Below are positions 63,201-64,000 of a stretch of DNA of 64,000 bases, piece by piece. Origin of the DNA: Octopus vulgaris (taxonomy: Eukaryota). Where the stretch lies: contig OX597821.1 in assembly GCA_951406725.2 (NCBI GenBank), forward strand, positions 44,888,001 to 44,952,000, in the 5' to 3' direction. The translations under genes were made by a program, and so were the position numbers. The notes beneath the pieces are model-generated. The model saw nothing but the letters and a program-made list of their open reading frames with translations. It was not told where the DNA came from and searched no databases. Each line of letters opens with the position of its first letter. Position 1 is the first letter of the stretch.

Positions 63201-64000
63201 GACACACAGTAATTTTTGAAGATAATATAAGTTAACTGAAAGTTTTGACACAAAGAGACAATAAATAGGTAATACAAAATAAAAACAAAAATTTTCTATC
63301 TGTCTCCTCTCTTTCTGCCACTTTCTCCTTTTCTCTCTCTCATTGCTCACACATTACCATCATCCATCTTTCTTTTCCTACGCGATGTTCTAAAGACTGG
63401 ACATCTTCTATCCCTCTCTTCCATTGTTTCTTTTTTCAACGAAAATATTTCTTCCAGTGTTCACTATTTTCCCCCTCGTTCTGGTCTAACGACCCTCCAT
63501 GTTTGTTTTCATTCGGTTTCCTTGTATGTCTCCACTGTTCTGTTTTTGTTCCCAACTTTGACCCTCCATAAAACTGAAAATTTATTTTGAAAGTTATGGG
63601 AGCAACTGTCTTCAAAGACTCATATTGTCGCTGAATGCTTGAAATGAGGAGTAGATAGACAGCTGACAACTGATGAAGGGTCGTTGTTTGTGTTACTTGT
63701 CCTGTTTTAAATTTTTCTCTCTCGTTGTTTGCATATTTAACTCGAACTTTATGTTGTTTACAGTTGGTAACATCCTGTACCCATATATGTATATATTATT
63801 TATATTATTATGTGTATGTATGTATATATATTATTATATGTATGTATGTATGTATATATGCTTATGTGTGTGTGTCTGTGTCTGTCCCTCAGCCATCACT
63901 TGACAATCGATGTTGGTGTGTTCATGTCCCTGTAACTTAGCAGTTCACTCCATTTTTTTTTTGTTTTTGTTGTCGAACACATTCACTTACTTTCTCCTCC

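Noticed and set aside
63670-63700. CTGATGA possibly starting a hammerhead
   Set aside because: No downstream stem II-GAAA-NUH arrangement could be found.

Overview
AT-rich, microsatellite- and transposon-dense animal genomic DNA; the SINE/LINE repertoire looks like that of an octopus (my inference, not verified). It has one 100-N assembly gap (30846-30945). Two convergent, intron-containing host genes can be assembled by eye. On the + strand is an ITM2/BRI2-like type II membrane BRICHOS protein: five coding exons at 16388-26554, first coding exon not found. On the - strand is a CCDC160-like coiled-coil protein: coding exons 56419-56653 and 35153-35847, about 309 aa if spliced directly. Most of the rest is decayed mobile DNA: Helitron, Tc1/mariner, hAT, Gypsy integrase, RTE, CR1 and Penelope-like elements, plus many tRNA-derived SINEs. 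The most notable signal is a set of long fold-back (palindromic) elements at 9061-9549, 34185-34230, 34444-34663, 49154-50007 and 62047-62246. One carries a near-canonical minimal type I hammerhead ribozyme in each arm (49638-49708 on +, 49383-49454 on -). Further hammerhead-like remnants sit at 23551-23588 and in the duplicated terminal repeat of a Penelope-like element (53171-53215). Together these suggest a family of non-autonomous, ribozyme-bearing fold-back elements derived from Penelope terminal repeats. All alignments and folds were done by eye.
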